A stretch of DNA of 33,324 nucleotides from Chloroflexota bacterium (GCA_040005815.1 JBDTYC010000002.1:1-33324), one strand, 5' to 3'; numbered from the stretch's first letter, positions 22,524 through 31,693 are shown. The notes: generated by a model not told the origin, from the sequence alone. Numbers and translations: made by a program.

Positions 22524-23564
22524 GTGGACCTCGACCGCCTGCGGAGACTGCCCAAGGCAGAGCTGCATCTGCATCTCGATGGCTCGCTGCGCCCTCGATC
22601 CGCTGTGGAGCTGGCCGCCGAGACCGGCCAGACGCTCACGCTCGAAGATGCCGTTGCACGACTGGTGGGTCCGGCTCGATGTGCTGACCAGGCGGAGCTC
22701 CTCAGCTTCTTCGACCTCCCCATCTCGCTGCTCCAGACCGCGGGCTCGCTGCGGCGCGTCACGGCCGAGCTGGTCGAGACGCTCGCCGACGAGGGGCTCA
22801 CGTACGCCGAGGTCCGCTGGGCGCCGCGCCTGCACCTGGAGCGTGGAATGTCGGTCAACGACGTGATCGGCGCGGTTGCCGACGGACTCGCCGAGGCGTC
22901 CTCACGCCTGGGTCCGCGCACCCCGTTCATTGGCCTCATCGTGACCGCCATGCGCTCCCACCCGCCATCTGCCAACGTCGAGCTGGCCCTGTCGGCGGCT
23001 GCCTTCGGGCCGCCGGTGATCGGGTTCGACCTGGCCGGGCCGGAGGCCGCGTATCCAGCGCCGCCCCACGCTGCGGCATTCGTGGCCGCGGCCGCGGGTG
23101 GCCTGGCGCTTACGGCACACGCGGGCGAGGTGGCCGGGCGGGAGCGGATCCGCGAGGTGCTCAGCTTCGATGTGCGGCGGATCGCGCATGGCGTGACCGC
23201 CGCGGACGATGCCGAGGTCATGGCGCTGCTGCGCGAGCGCGACGTGACGCTGGACATGTGCCCGACCAGCAACGTGCAGGCGGGGGTCGTGGCGGACTTG
23301 GCGTCGCATCCGCTGGGGATGCTCCATCGAGCTGGCGTGAGCGTCACCCTGTCGACCGACGATCGCACCGTCTCGAACACGACGCTCACCGAAGAAATGG
23401 CCAAGGCCGCGGTCGCCTTGCGGCTCACCGCCGCCGAGCTGGCGGCCATCGCTGTCAACGGGTTCCGTCGCGCGTTTGGGCCGCGCCTGGTACTCGACCC
23501 GATGATGCGTGCCGCCGAGCTGGCCTGGTCGGCCTGGGCGGCCGACGATCGCGCCATCAGCTGA
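22524..23564 (+). CDS. add: Adenosine deaminase
   Basis: This is the C-terminal part of the 674-aa track ORF. Motifs are LPKAELHLHLDGS, LTAHAGE, IAHG and TLSTDD. I prefer GTG 22524 (VDLDRLRRLPK...), which lies 6 nt below TATCAT. GTG 22494 is the alternative. Confidence 0.9.
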   Translation: MDLDRLRRLPKAELHLHLDGSLRPRSAVELAAETGQTLTLEDAVARLVGPARCADQAELLSFFDLPISLLQTAGSLRRVTAELVETLADEGLTYAEVRWAPRLHLERGMSVNDVIGAVADGLAEASSRLGPRTPFIGLIVTAMRSHPPSANVELALSAAAFGPPVIGFDLAGPEAAYPAPPHAAAFVAAAAGGLALTAHAGEVAGRERIREVLSFDVRRIAHGVTAADDAEVMALLRERDVTLDMCPTSNVQAGVVADLASHPLGMLHRAGVSVTLSTDDRTVSNTTLTEEMAKAAVALRLTAAELAAIAVNGFRRAFGPRLVLDPMMRAAELAWSAWAADDRAIS

Positions 23565-24411
23565 CGCCCGGCAGTAGGATCGCCGCGACCGCGTCCGGAT
23601 CGTCGGCGACGTGGTCGGGACGGCGCTCTCCTTCGAGCGTGGCCGACATCGCTCTATCGGCCACGCCAGTGAGGACGAGGATCGACCCCATCCCGGCGCG
23701 ACGGGCGGCAACCATGTCGGCATCGGGGTTGTCGCCGATCGCCACCGCCTCGTCCGCCGGGACTCCGGCACGTTCCAGGATGGCGGTGAAGATCCCCGGC
23801 TCAGGCTTGCCGATGACGAGCGGGTCGCTGCCGCTGGCAGCACGCAGGGCGGCGATGATCGACCCCGCTCCCGGCAGGAAGCCGGTGGGCGTCGGGTAGC
23901 GCAGGTCGGCGTTCGTGGCGATGAAGCGGGCGCCCGCTCGGATCGCGGTCGTAGCGGCGGCCAGCCGCCGGAAGTCGAAGGCCGGGTCCAGGCCCGCGAT
24001 CACTGCGTCGTATTCCGTCCCCAGCGGCCCTCCGTCATAGGAGGCGTCAACGGCATCCCCCGCGGCGATCGCTTCGAATCCTGCGGACTGCAGCTCCTCG
24101 AGCATCCCGACGGCGCCGACCGCCAGGACACGGCGGACGTCAGGCAGGTGGGCGCGGAGGTGGTCGATGGTCGCGGAGGTCGAGGTCACGATCTCGTCGA
24201 CCTGGGCGGGTATCCCCATTTCGACCAGGCGTGGCACGTACATCGCCCGGCTGGCCATCGAGTTGTTCGTGGCGAAGCGCACGAGCAGCCCCGCCTCGCG
24301 AAGCGCGGCGACAAGCGCGGCGGCGCCCGAGACCGGCTGCCGCCCGCGATAGATGACCCCGTCGAGGTCGAAGATGATGAGGCGAAGGGTCGGCCCGCCG
24401 GATCGGTCCAT
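23557..24411 (-). CDS. HAD superfamily hydrolase, subfamily IIA (NagD/UmpH-like phosphatase)
   Basis: Motifs are IFDLDGVIY, RFATNNS and GDNPDADMVAARRAGMGSILVLTG. The track ORF extends to 24558, but its first 49 codons look non-coding. ATG 24411 (MDRSGGPTLRLIIFDLDG) lies 8 nt below TATCAT. Confidence 0.9.
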   Translation of the reverse strand: MDRSGGPTLRLIIFDLDGVIYRGRQPVSGAAALVAALREAGLLVRFATNNSMASRAMYVPRLVEMGIPAQVDEIVTSTSATIDHLRAHLPDVRRVLAVGAVGMLEELQSAGFEAIAAGDAVDASYDGGPLGTEYDAVIAGLDPAFDFRRLAAATTAIRAGARFIATNADLRYPTPTGFLPGAGSIIAALRAASGSDPLVIGKPEPGIFTAILERAGVPADEAVAIGDNPDADMVAARRAGMGSILVLTGVADRAMSATLEGERRPDHVADDPDAVAAILLPGVS

Positions 24412-24419
24412 GCCGACGG

Positions 24420-24425
24420 ATGATA
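24420..24425 (-). promoter_or_regulatory. -10-like TATCAT, 8 nt upstream of ATG 24411 (HAD gene, leaderless candidate)
   Basis: The minus strand reads tcccTATCATccgtcggcATG. It shares CCTATCATC with the add site. Confidence 0.5.
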
Positions 24426-24448
24426 GGGATGCCAACCGCACAAAGCAC

Positions 24449-24478
24449 TTGAGCCGCCGCTTGGCGGCGCAGTATGAT
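24449..24478 (+). promoter_or_regulatory. Promoter of the BMP ABC importer operon: -35 TTGAGC, 18-nt spacer, -10 TATGAT
   Basis: The plus strand reads TTGAGCcgccgcttggcggcgcagTATGAT. The spacer contains the small palindrome GCCGCC-gctt-GGCGGC. The leader is about 100 nt and ends in a strong SD. Confidence 0.5.
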
Positions 24479-24582
24479 CGCGCGGATTCGCGCCGGCCTC
24501 GCCCTCGGGCCAGCACGCAACCGACACCCCCGCGACCGGCAGTAGCGCCGGCCATCAATGAGTGAGGGGAGAAGGAGAATCC

Positions 24583-25776
24583 ATGCGGAAGCAGCGATGG
24601 CTCGGCGCGACCGCCGCCCTCGTATCGTTGATGATGGTGCTCGCGGCCTGCAGCAGCGGCCAGTCGCCAACTGAGTCGGCCGCAGGGTCGAGCACAGCGT
24701 CGGCCGCGGCATCAGGTGCGGCGTCGATGGCGCCCCACAGCGACCTGAAGATCGGCTTCGTGTCCGACAACGCCGGGATCAACGACAAGGGGTTCAACGA
24801 GTACTCCTACAAGGGAGCCGTCGAGGGCGCAGCCGCCATCGGTGCCGCTAAACCAAAGGTCATCATCCCGAAGGACGCGACCGAGTACGCCTCGGCGATC
24901 CAGTCCTTGGTCGACGAAAAGACCGACATCATCGTGACCGCGGGGTTCAACCTCGGCGCAGACACGATCAACGCTGCCCAGGCGAATCCGAACGTGTGGT
25001 TCGTCGGCGTTGACCAGCAGGTCGGCCCAGGCAAGGACTTCTGTGTCGACGAGCTGGGCAAGTTCGACCCGACCTACGCGTGCAAGGGCGACGCGACGAA
25101 GCTCCTGCCGAAGTACATCCAGCTCGTCTTCAAGGAAGACCAAGCCGGCTACCTGGCCGGCATGGTCGCAGCGTCGGTCAGCAAGAGCGGCGTCGTTGGC
25201 GCCGTCGGCGGCCTGACGTCATGCGGACCCTGCGTCCGCTACATCCAGGGCTACGAGCTTGGTGCCAAGTCCATCAAGCCTGACGCCAAAGTCGTGTCGG
25301 CGTACGTGACGACGTCATACGATCCGGTGAAGTCCTTCGGGGACCAGGCGGGTGGCAAGCTCTTCGCCCAGAATCTGCTGGCCTCGAACCCGACCATGGA
25401 CGTCTTTTTCGCGGTCGCCGGCCTCACTGGCAACGGCGTTCTGGATGCGGCGTGCGACAAGGGCCTATGGGCCATCGGGGTCGACGTCGACCAGTTCCTT
25501 TCGTACGCCGCCGATGACAAGTGCATCCTGACCAGTGCCGAGAAGCACCTGTCCTTGTCGGTGGCACAGGCTATTGAGAAGCTCAGTGCCGGACCCGTTG
25601 GCGCTGGGCCGCTGGTCTTCGAGGCGACCAATGATGGGGTCGGGGTGTCCGACTTCCACACAAATGCCGGCGCGGTGGGCGCAGACCTGCAGGGGAAGCT
25701 GGACGACGCTCTCGCTGCGATGAAGGCCGGCACGCTGACGACGTGCCCCGCGGACTGTGGCGTCCCGCCGAAGTGA
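24583..25776 (+). CDS. BMP family (PnrA-like) ABC transporter substrate-binding lipoprotein, probable nucleoside binding
   Basis: The sequence MRKQRWLGATAALVSLMMVLAACSS contains a lipobox (LAAC). KIGFVSDNAGINDKGFNEYSYKG is typical of the Bmp family. A strong SD (GGAGAAGGAGAA) precedes ATG 24583; the track start 24562 lies inside this SD region. Confidence 0.9.
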   Translation: MRKQRWLGATAALVSLMMVLAACSSGQSPTESAAGSSTASAAASGAASMAPHSDLKIGFVSDNAGINDKGFNEYSYKGAVEGAAAIGAAKPKVIIPKDATEYASAIQSLVDEKTDIIVTAGFNLGADTINAAQANPNVWFVGVDQQVGPGKDFCVDELGKFDPTYACKGDATKLLPKYIQLVFKEDQAGYLAGMVAASVSKSGVVGAVGGLTSCGPCVRYIQGYELGAKSIKPDAKVVSAYVTTSYDPVKSFGDQAGGKLFAQNLLASNPTMDVFFAVAGLTGNGVLDAACDKGLWAIGVDVDQFLSYAADDKCILTSAEKHLSLSVAQAIEKLSAGPVGAGPLVFEATNDGVGVSDFHTNAGAVGADLQGKLDDALAAMKAGTLTTCPADCGVPPK

Positions 25777-25799
25777 TCGGCGGATCTCGCTGAAACCCT

Positions 25800-25831
25800 A
25801 GGGCGGGTCGGCAGTCATGCCGACCCGTCCT
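25800..25831 (+). other. Intercistronic GC-rich stem-loop between the binding-protein gene and the ATPase gene
   Basis: The sequence aGGGCGGGTCGGC-agtcat-GCCGACCCGTCCt forms 13 pairs including one G-U. It lies 24 nt after the stop at 25776 and 20 nt before ATG 25852. The downstream tract is pyrimidine-rich (tctcatctccctt), not a clean U-run. Confidence 0.45.
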
Positions 25832-25851
25832 CTCATCTCCCTTCGCTCTAG

Positions 25852-27435
25852 ATGGGCGGACCGATGGCACAACCACCTGACGTGATCGTCGCTCCCGCGA
25901 TTGAGATGCGCGGCATCACGAAGCGCTATCCGGGCGTCGTCGCCAATGATCGCATCGACCTGCTTGTCAGGCCGGGTGAGATTCATGCGCTGCTCGGCGA
26001 GAACGGCGCGGGCAAGACGACGTTGATGAACGTGCTCTACGGGCTCGCAACGCCCGATGAGGGCCAGATCCTGCTGAACGGCGAGCCGGTTCGGATCAAC
26101 GGACCAGCGGATGCCATCAGCCGCGGTATCGACATGGTCCATCAGCACTTCATGCTCGTGCCGGTGTTGACCGTGGCCGAGAACATCCTGCTTGGCCTCG
26201 AGCCGATGGCCGGACCGATCTTCATCGACCGCAGTGCAGCGCGACGCCGCATCATCGAGCTCGGCCGCCAGTTTGGGTTCGAGATCGATCCCGACGCACG
26301 CGTCGGCAGCCTGTCGGTCGGCTGGCAGCAGCGTGTGGAGATCCTGAAGGCCCTCTACCGCAACACCCGCATCCTCGTCCTCGACGAACCGACCGCGGTC
26401 CTGACCCCCCAGGAGACCCAAGAGATCTTCGCCGTCCTGCGGAACCTGGCCGCAGAGGGGCACAGCATCATCTTCATCAGTCACAAGCTGTACGAGGTCC
26501 TCGAAATCGCGGATCGGATCACGGTCATCCGCCGCGGCCGGGTCGTCGGCGAGCGCCTGCCGGCAGAGACGAACGAGGAGGACCTGGCCGAGCTGATGGT
26601 CGGTCGAGGGGTCGAGCTCACGATCGACCGCGGGACCTCCCATCCCGGCGATGTCGTCCTGCGGGTCGACGCTCTTCGGGTCAAGGACGACCGCGGCAAT
26701 GAGGTCGTGCGTGGGGTCAGCCTGGAGATTCGCGCCGGCGAGATCCTTGGCATCGCCGGCGTCGCTGGCAACGGCCAGGACGAGCTGGTCGAGGCCCTGT
26801 ACGGTCTGCGACGACCGTCTGGAGGCTCGGTGACCCTTCGCGACGCCCCCGTGACCGGTTGGTCGCCGCGTGGCATGAACGAGGCAGGCGTCGGGTATGT
26901 CCCTGCCGACCGCCAGCGGTTCGGCCTCGTCCTCCCATTCGCGGTCGCCGACAACATCGTGCTCACGTCCTATTACCGAGCCCCATTCGCCAAAGGCCTG
27001 CTACGAAACGACGAGGCGATCGAGCGGGCCGCCGTCCGGAGCATCGGCGAGTTCGACGTACGGACGGGCTCGGCGGACGCCGCGGTTCGGACTCTGTCTG
27101 GCGGGAATCAGCAGAAGGTCGTGGTCGCGCGCGAATTCGGGCGCGATACGTCGCTCCTCATCCTCGACCAGCCGACCCGCGGTCTGGACGTCGGCAGCAT
27201 CGAGTTCATCCACCGCCAGGTGATCGCCAAGCGAGATGCCGGCGCGGCTGTGCTGCTCGTGTCCGCCGAGCTCGACGAAGTGCTCGAGATGGCAGACCGG
27301 ATCGCGGTGATGTACCGCGGTGTGATCGTCGCAGTCATGGACGGTCGAACCGCCGACAAGAACGACGTCGGCATTCTGATGGCCACGGGCGGCCAGAATC
27401 GACCCGAGGCGGGCGCAGCCATCATGGCCCCGTGA
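25852..27435 (+). CDS. ABC transporter ATP-binding protein, duplicated ATPase (sugar/nucleoside importer type)
   Basis: 527 aa with two nucleotide-binding domains (GENGAGKTT ... LSVGWQQRVEILKAL ... ILVLDEPT; second signature LSGGNQQKVVVAREF ... LLILDQPTRGLD). ATG 25864 is an alternative start. Confidence 0.95.
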   Translation: MGGPMAQPPDVIVAPAIEMRGITKRYPGVVANDRIDLLVRPGEIHALLGENGAGKTTLMNVLYGLATPDEGQILLNGEPVRINGPADAISRGIDMVHQHFMLVPVLTVAENILLGLEPMAGPIFIDRSAARRRIIELGRQFGFEIDPDARVGSLSVGWQQRVEILKALYRNTRILVLDEPTAVLTPQETQEIFAVLRNLAAEGHSIIFISHKLYEVLEIADRITVIRRGRVVGERLPAETNEEDLAELMVGRGVELTIDRGTSHPGDVVLRVDALRVKDDRGNEVVRGVSLEIRAGEILGIAGVAGNGQDELVEALYGLRRPSGGSVTLRDAPVTGWSPRGMNEAGVGYVPADRQRFGLVLPFAVADNIVLTSYYRAPFAKGLLRNDEAIERAAVRSIGEFDVRTGSADAAVRTLSGGNQQKVVVAREFGRDTSLLILDQPTRGLDVGSIEFIHRQVIAKRDAGAAVLLVSAELDEVLEMADRIAVMYRGVIVAVMDGRTADKNDVGILMATGGQNRPEAGAAIMAP

Positions 27436-28589
27436 CCGGCAAGTCGAGATCGCTGCGCGACGCCGTGACCCGGATCGCCCGCCAGGCGTGGCTGGTCGGC
27501 GCCCTGCCGGTCGTGTCCATCGTCGCAGCTCTCGTCGTCGGGGCCGTCGTCATCCTCGCCTCGGAGCTGCTCCTGCCCGATCACGCCTTCGATCCGACGC
27601 TCCCGATCGCTTCGTATCTCGCCCTGCTCGACGGGTCGTTCGGGCACGAGGCGGCGATCGTCAACACGCTGGTGTCCACCACACCGCTCCTCCTCGGCGG
27701 ACTCGCCGTCGCGGTCGGGTTCAAGGCCGGGCTCTTCAACATCGGCGCCGGGGGCCAGTTCGTCATGGGCGCGCTGGGCGCAGTAGCCGTCGGTGTCGCG
27801 GTCAGTGACGCCCCACCGCCGATCGCCATTCCCATCGCCCTCGCCGGCGGCATGCTCGCCGGCGCGGCGTGGGGATTTATCCCCGGATTCCTCAAGGCCA
27901 TCTCGGGAGCGCATGAGGTGGTAACCACGATCATGCTCAACTACGTGGCCGGCTTCGTCCTGACCTGGGCCGTGACGGGACCCCTGGGCGTGCCACAATC
28001 TCCGTCGCCCGTGACGTACGCCGTGGGCAACGCCGCCTACCCGATCCTCATCGGCCGAAACGGCCACCTCGGGATCCTGGTTGCGGCCGCAGCGGTGGTC
28101 GTCATGTGGTGGCTGCTGTACCGGACGACGCTCGGCTTCGAGATCCGCACGGTCGGGGCGAACGCGGACGCGGCGCGTTATGCCGGGATGCGCCCGCGAC
28201 TCCTGATTATCCTGGCGATGACCATGGCGGGCCTGCTCGCCGGCACGGCCGGCGCCGGTGTCATCCTCGGCATCAACCACCAGATGAACTCGACCTTTAC
28301 GACGACGGTTGGGTTCGACTCGATCGCTGTCGCGCTTGTCGCCCGTTCCAATCCACTGGGCGTCCCCTTCGCCGCACTACTCTTCGGTGCCATGCGGGCT
28401 GGCTCAGGGCTCATGCAGATCAGGGCCGGCATCCCGGTGGAACTGATCGACGTCATCCAGGCCACGATCCTCCTGTTCCTCGTCGCCGGCCCCGCGGTGC
28501 AGCGGCTATTTCGCCTGACCGCGGCCCGTGGCGGTCTGGTCAGCCCCGGAAGCGTCGAGCCGCCGGCCCCGGTCGAGGCACCGGGCTAA
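27432..28589 (+). CDS. ABC transporter permease (BMP-type importer, first permease)
   Basis: GTG 27432 overlaps the upstream TGA as GTGA. The product is a 385-aa polytopic protein (VTGKSRSLRDAVTRIARQAWLVGALPVV...). The upstream part of the 576-aa track ORF is antisense-like R-rich sequence. Confidence 0.9.
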   Translation: MTGKSRSLRDAVTRIARQAWLVGALPVVSIVAALVVGAVVILASELLLPDHAFDPTLPIASYLALLDGSFGHEAAIVNTLVSTTPLLLGGLAVAVGFKAGLFNIGAGGQFVMGALGAVAVGVAVSDAPPPIAIPIALAGGMLAGAAWGFIPGFLKAISGAHEVVTTIMLNYVAGFVLTWAVTGPLGVPQSPSPVTYAVGNAAYPILIGRNGHLGILVAAAAVVVMWWLLYRTTLGFEIRTVGANADAARYAGMRPRLLIILAMTMAGLLAGTAGAGVILGINHQMNSTFTTTVGFDSIAVALVARSNPLGVPFAALLFGAMRAGSGLMQIRAGIPVELIDVIQATILLFLVAGPAVQRLFRLTAARGGLVSPGSVEPPAPVEAPG

Positions 28590-29668
28590 TGGACCCGTTC
28601 ATCAACGGTCTGTATGGAATCCCAATCCTCGGGCTCGTGTTCCAGCTGGTCGGCTACATCATCATGGTCGTTCCGCCGATTGCACCCCTTATCATGCGAG
28701 CCGGGGCGCCGCTCGCCCTGGGGGCTCTGTGCGGCGTCATGTGCGAGCGATCCGGCGTCGTCAACATCGCGATCGAGGGAACGATGCTGGCGAGCGCGTT
28801 CACGGGCTGGGCGGTCGGCGTCGCGCTCGGGCCATATCTCGGGCAAACCTCGAGCCTCCCGTTCGGCATAACCCCCACGCTCCTGATCGCACTGGCGGCC
28901 GCACTGCTGATGGCGCTGCTCATCTCGGGCGTCCACGCCTGGCTCTCCATCGCCGTGAAGGCAGACCAGATCATCAGCGGCACGATCATCAACATCGCTG
29001 CCTTTGGCCTCACCGGCTACCTCAACACGATCATCTCCCCCTTCTCGCCAACGAGCGGTGGGAGCTTCGCCGCGTTCGTACCGCCCAAGGCCATCACCGA
29101 CACTCCGGTGGTCGGCTGGATCGTGGCGATGTTCCTGAACCAAGGGCCAATCGCAATGTCCGTGATCGTGCTGGCCGTAGTGCTCCAGATCCTCCTGTTC
29201 CGGTCACGCTGGGGCCTTCGTACTCGCGCGGTTGGGGAACACCCACGCGCGGTGGAGACGGCCGGGGTCGACGTCATTCGGCTTCGGTATCGCAATGTCA
29301 TGGCCGGCGGGATACTAGCTGGGCTGGCCGGAGCGTTCCTCAGCATGGAGGCGACCAATCAGTTCCAGGCAGGCATGAGCGGCGGCCGGGGCTTCATCGC
29401 GCTGGCGGCGATGATCCTCGGGCGTTGGACGCCAATCGGCGCATTCGGCGCGGCGATCCTCTTCTCTACCTTTGCGGCCCTTGGCCAGGTCATCGGCTTC
29501 AACCCGCCGACCGGCAGCCTAGGGGATTTGGTGACGCAGCTGCCGCGGCAGACCTGGGATGCCCTGCCATATCTCGTTACGATCATCATCCTGGCCGGCG
29601 TCGTCGGCCGGTCGATCCCGCCGGCTGCAGACGGGCAGCCGTACGAGCGCGAGCAGACGACCGCCTAA
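28589..29668 (+). CDS. ABC transporter permease (BMP-type importer, second permease)
   Basis: ATG 28589 overlaps the upstream TAA as TAATG. The product is a 359-aa polytopic protein (MDPFINGLYGIPILGLVFQLV...CGVMCERSGVVNIAIEGTML), typical of YufQ/NupC-type partners of Bmp systems. Confidence 0.9.
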   Translation: MDPFINGLYGIPILGLVFQLVGYIIMVVPPIAPLIMRAGAPLALGALCGVMCERSGVVNIAIEGTMLASAFTGWAVGVALGPYLGQTSSLPFGITPTLLIALAAALLMALLISGVHAWLSIAVKADQIISGTIINIAAFGLTGYLNTIISPFSPTSGGSFAAFVPPKAITDTPVVGWIVAMFLNQGPIAMSVIVLAVVLQILLFRSRWGLRTRAVGEHPRAVETAGVDVIRLRYRNVMAGGILAGLAGAFLSMEATNQFQAGMSGGRGFIALAAMILGRWTPIGAFGAAILFSTFAALGQVIGFNPPTGSLGDLVTQLPRQTWDALPYLVTIIILAGVVGRSIPPAADGQPYEREQTTA

Positions 29669-29679
29669 ACGTCGTCGAA

Positions 29680-30444
29680 CTAGGCCTCAACCAGGTGCTC
29701 GGCGTCGGCCTCGAGCGCCACGTGGGACGCAGGAGGCACGCGCAGCAGGAGCGGCGACAGGCCGGCGGCCCGCATATCGGCCTCGACGCTGAAGTGGTCG
29801 TACGGCACCGACCGGAAGTTGACCATCACGTCGGGCCCCGCGATGTCGATCACCGCGTACTTCGCGCTCATGTCGTCGAGCGTTCCGCAGCCGACAGAGC
29901 CGGCCGCGATGAAATGGCTCTTCCCCACCAGCCGATGGAAGGCCTCGTGGGTGTTCCCGAAGCAGAGCAGGTCATCGCCCTGGTCGCTGACCACGCGGGC
30001 GAAGACGCGGCTCGGCCGATCGCTCCACAGGTACTCGTTCTGGCGGGTCGGCGAGCCGTGAAAGAGAAGGACCGATCGGTCATCGAGGGGGAACCGCTCG
30101 CTGCCGGGCAGCTTCCGCAGCCACGAGCGTTGGTCCTCAGAGAGGTGGTTGATCGTCCATTCGAGCGAGGCGAGCCCGGCGACCTCGGCCTCGGTATCGG
30201 GCCAGGCGACCCCGGGGTGCTCGCGGCGCATCGCGACGGCATCGTCCCAATTGCCCTGGATCGTCGGGACGGCAAGCGCTCGCAGCTCGTCCACGACCTC
30301 GGAGGGGTGAGGGCCACGCCCTACGATGTCGCCGACGCACCACATCTTTTCGCAATCAAGTGCGAGCACGTCATCGAGCACCGCGCGCAGGGCGGGCAGG
30401 TTGGCGTGCAGGTCGGCGAGCACCGCGATCCGCATGGGCGGCAT
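29680..30444 (-). CDS. Metallophosphoesterase (calcineurin-like, YfcE/ApaH-related)
   Basis: Motifs are MRIAVLADLHAN, CVGDIVGRGP, GNWD, FHGSP and GNTHE. The track ORF extends to 30759 over R-rich non-coding-looking sequence. Candidate starts are ATG 30444 or 30435. Confidence 0.85.
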   Translation of the reverse strand: MPPMRIAVLADLHANLPALRAVLDDVLALDCEKMWCVGDIVGRGPHPSEVVDELRALAVPTIQGNWDDAVAMRREHPGVAWPDTEAEVAGLASLEWTINHLSEDQRSWLRKLPGSERFPLDDRSVLLFHGSPTRQNEYLWSDRPSRVFARVVSDQGDDLLCFGNTHEAFHRLVGKSHFIAAGSVGCGTLDDMSAKYAVIDIAGPDVMVNFRSVPYDHFSVEADMRAAGLSPLLLRVPPASHVALEADAEHLVEA

Positions 30445-30500
30445 TCTGCCCACGCGGACGGCCTGGGCAATCCCCCGATAGGAGGACTTCTGGGTGGTAC

Positions 30501-31556
30501 CTAGCTCGCCCGTGCGCCGGCGAAGGGCTCGGCGATGACGCTGATCCGTCCAGCGACGGTGCGGGCCAGCTCGCGCAGCGCCGCGGCTGCAATCGATGTG
30601 TCGCTCGACGGATGCTGGGTGGAGGTGATCGGCGCCCCGGCGTCGCCGCCGGTCCGCACGGCCGGCTCGAGCGGGATCCGCGCCAGCACCTCGAGGCCCA
30701 GCTCGCGGCCGAGGCCGGCCGCGCCGCCGGTCCCGAAGATGTCGTGTTCGGTGCCGCAATGGGGACAGATGAAGCCGCTCATGTTCTCGACCACGCCCAG
30801 GGTCCGCACGTTCACCTTGTTGAACATGGCGATCGCCTTGCGCGCGTCGAGCAGGCTCACCTCCTGCGGCGTGGTGACGACGACAGCGCCCGAGAGCGGG
30901 ATGAGCTGGCTCAGGCTGAGGGCCGCGTCGCCAGTCCCCGGCGGCAGGTCGACGATCAGGTAATCGAGCTCACCCCATTCGACGTCGCGGAGGAACTGCT
31001 GGATCGCGGAATGGATCAGCGGGCCGCGCCAGATGACGGGCGCTCCCCCGGTCAGGAAGTACTCGATGCTCATCATCTGCACGCCATGCGCCGTGACGGG
31101 GTTGACCCGCGATCCGACGCCGGTGACGTGGGATCCGCTGGTGCCCATCATGAGCGGCACGTTGGGGCCCGTGATATCGGCGTCGAGGAGACCCACCCGC
31201 GCGCCGTCGCGCGCCAGGCTGACGGCCAGGTTCACCGCCACGGTGGTCTTGCCCACGCCGCCCTTGCCGGAGGCGACGGCAATCGTGTTCTTGACTCCGG
31301 GGATCAGATCCGCCGCGGGTCCGCCAAACGAGCGTTTCACGTTGCTCGCCCAATCGACCTTGACCGTGGTGGCGCCAAGGGCTGCCAGGCCGTCGACGAT
31401 GTCCGACTCGATCTTCGCCTTCAACGGACAGGCCGGCGTCGTGAGCTCGACCGTGAGGTCCACCACCGAGCCGGTGATTTCGATCGACTTGACCATCCCC
31501 AGGCTGACGAGGTCTTTCCCGATCTCGGGGTCCTTGACCAGCGACAGGGCGGCCAT
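30501..31556 (-). CDS. apbC: Mrp/NBP35 (ApbC) family iron-sulfur cluster carrier ATPase with an N-terminal DUF59 domain
   Basis: DUF59 segment LSLVKDPEIGKDLVSLGMV, deviant Walker A VASGKGGVGKTT and CPHCG motif. The start is uncertain: ATG 31556, CTG 31592 (behind a well-placed AAGGA) or GTG 31712 (track). The 52 N-terminal track codons look non-coding. Confidence 0.85.
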   Translation of the reverse strand: MAALSLVKDPEIGKDLVSLGMVKSIEITGSVVDLTVELTTPACPLKAKIESDIVDGLAALGATTVKVDWASNVKRSFGGPAADLIPGVKNTIAVASGKGGVGKTTVAVNLAVSLARDGARVGLLDADITGPNVPLMMGTSGSHVTGVGSRVNPVTAHGVQMMSIEYFLTGGAPVIWRGPLIHSAIQQFLRDVEWGELDYLIVDLPPGTGDAALSLSQLIPLSGAVVVTTPQEVSLLDARKAIAMFNKVNVRTLGVVENMSGFICPHCGTEHDIFGTGGAAGLGRELGLEVLARIPLEPAVRTGGDAGAPITSTQHPSSDTSIAAAALRELARTVAGRISVIAEPFAGARAS

Positions 31557-31659
31557 GATGTTCTCGTCGGTGAGCTGATCCAGGGTGGTCAGGGGGCGTT
31601 CCTTTCCGGATTGAAGCGGCCTTCGGCCCCAGGAGCGTACCAGAGGAGGGCTGGGGCCG

Positions 31660-31665
31660 ATGCTA
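31660..31665 (-). promoter_or_regulatory. -10-like TAGCAT in the spacer upstream of the Mrp/ApbC gene
   Basis: The minus strand reads caacataggTAGCATcggcccc. It lies about 100 nt upstream of ATG 31556 and about 65 nt upstream of the SD-preceded CTG at 31592. Confidence 0.3.
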
Positions 31666-31693
31666 CCTATGTTGAGCCCAGCGGGGTCTCGGC

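Noticed and set aside
23021-23031. An 11-nt match (CGGGTTCGACC) to the T-arm of tRNA-His, considered as a possible att-site remnant of an integrated element.
   Set aside because: It lies on the opposite strand to the tRNA, inside the conserved add coding sequence (IGFDL). It is short and has no integrase or other island features nearby. It is best explained as coincidence.
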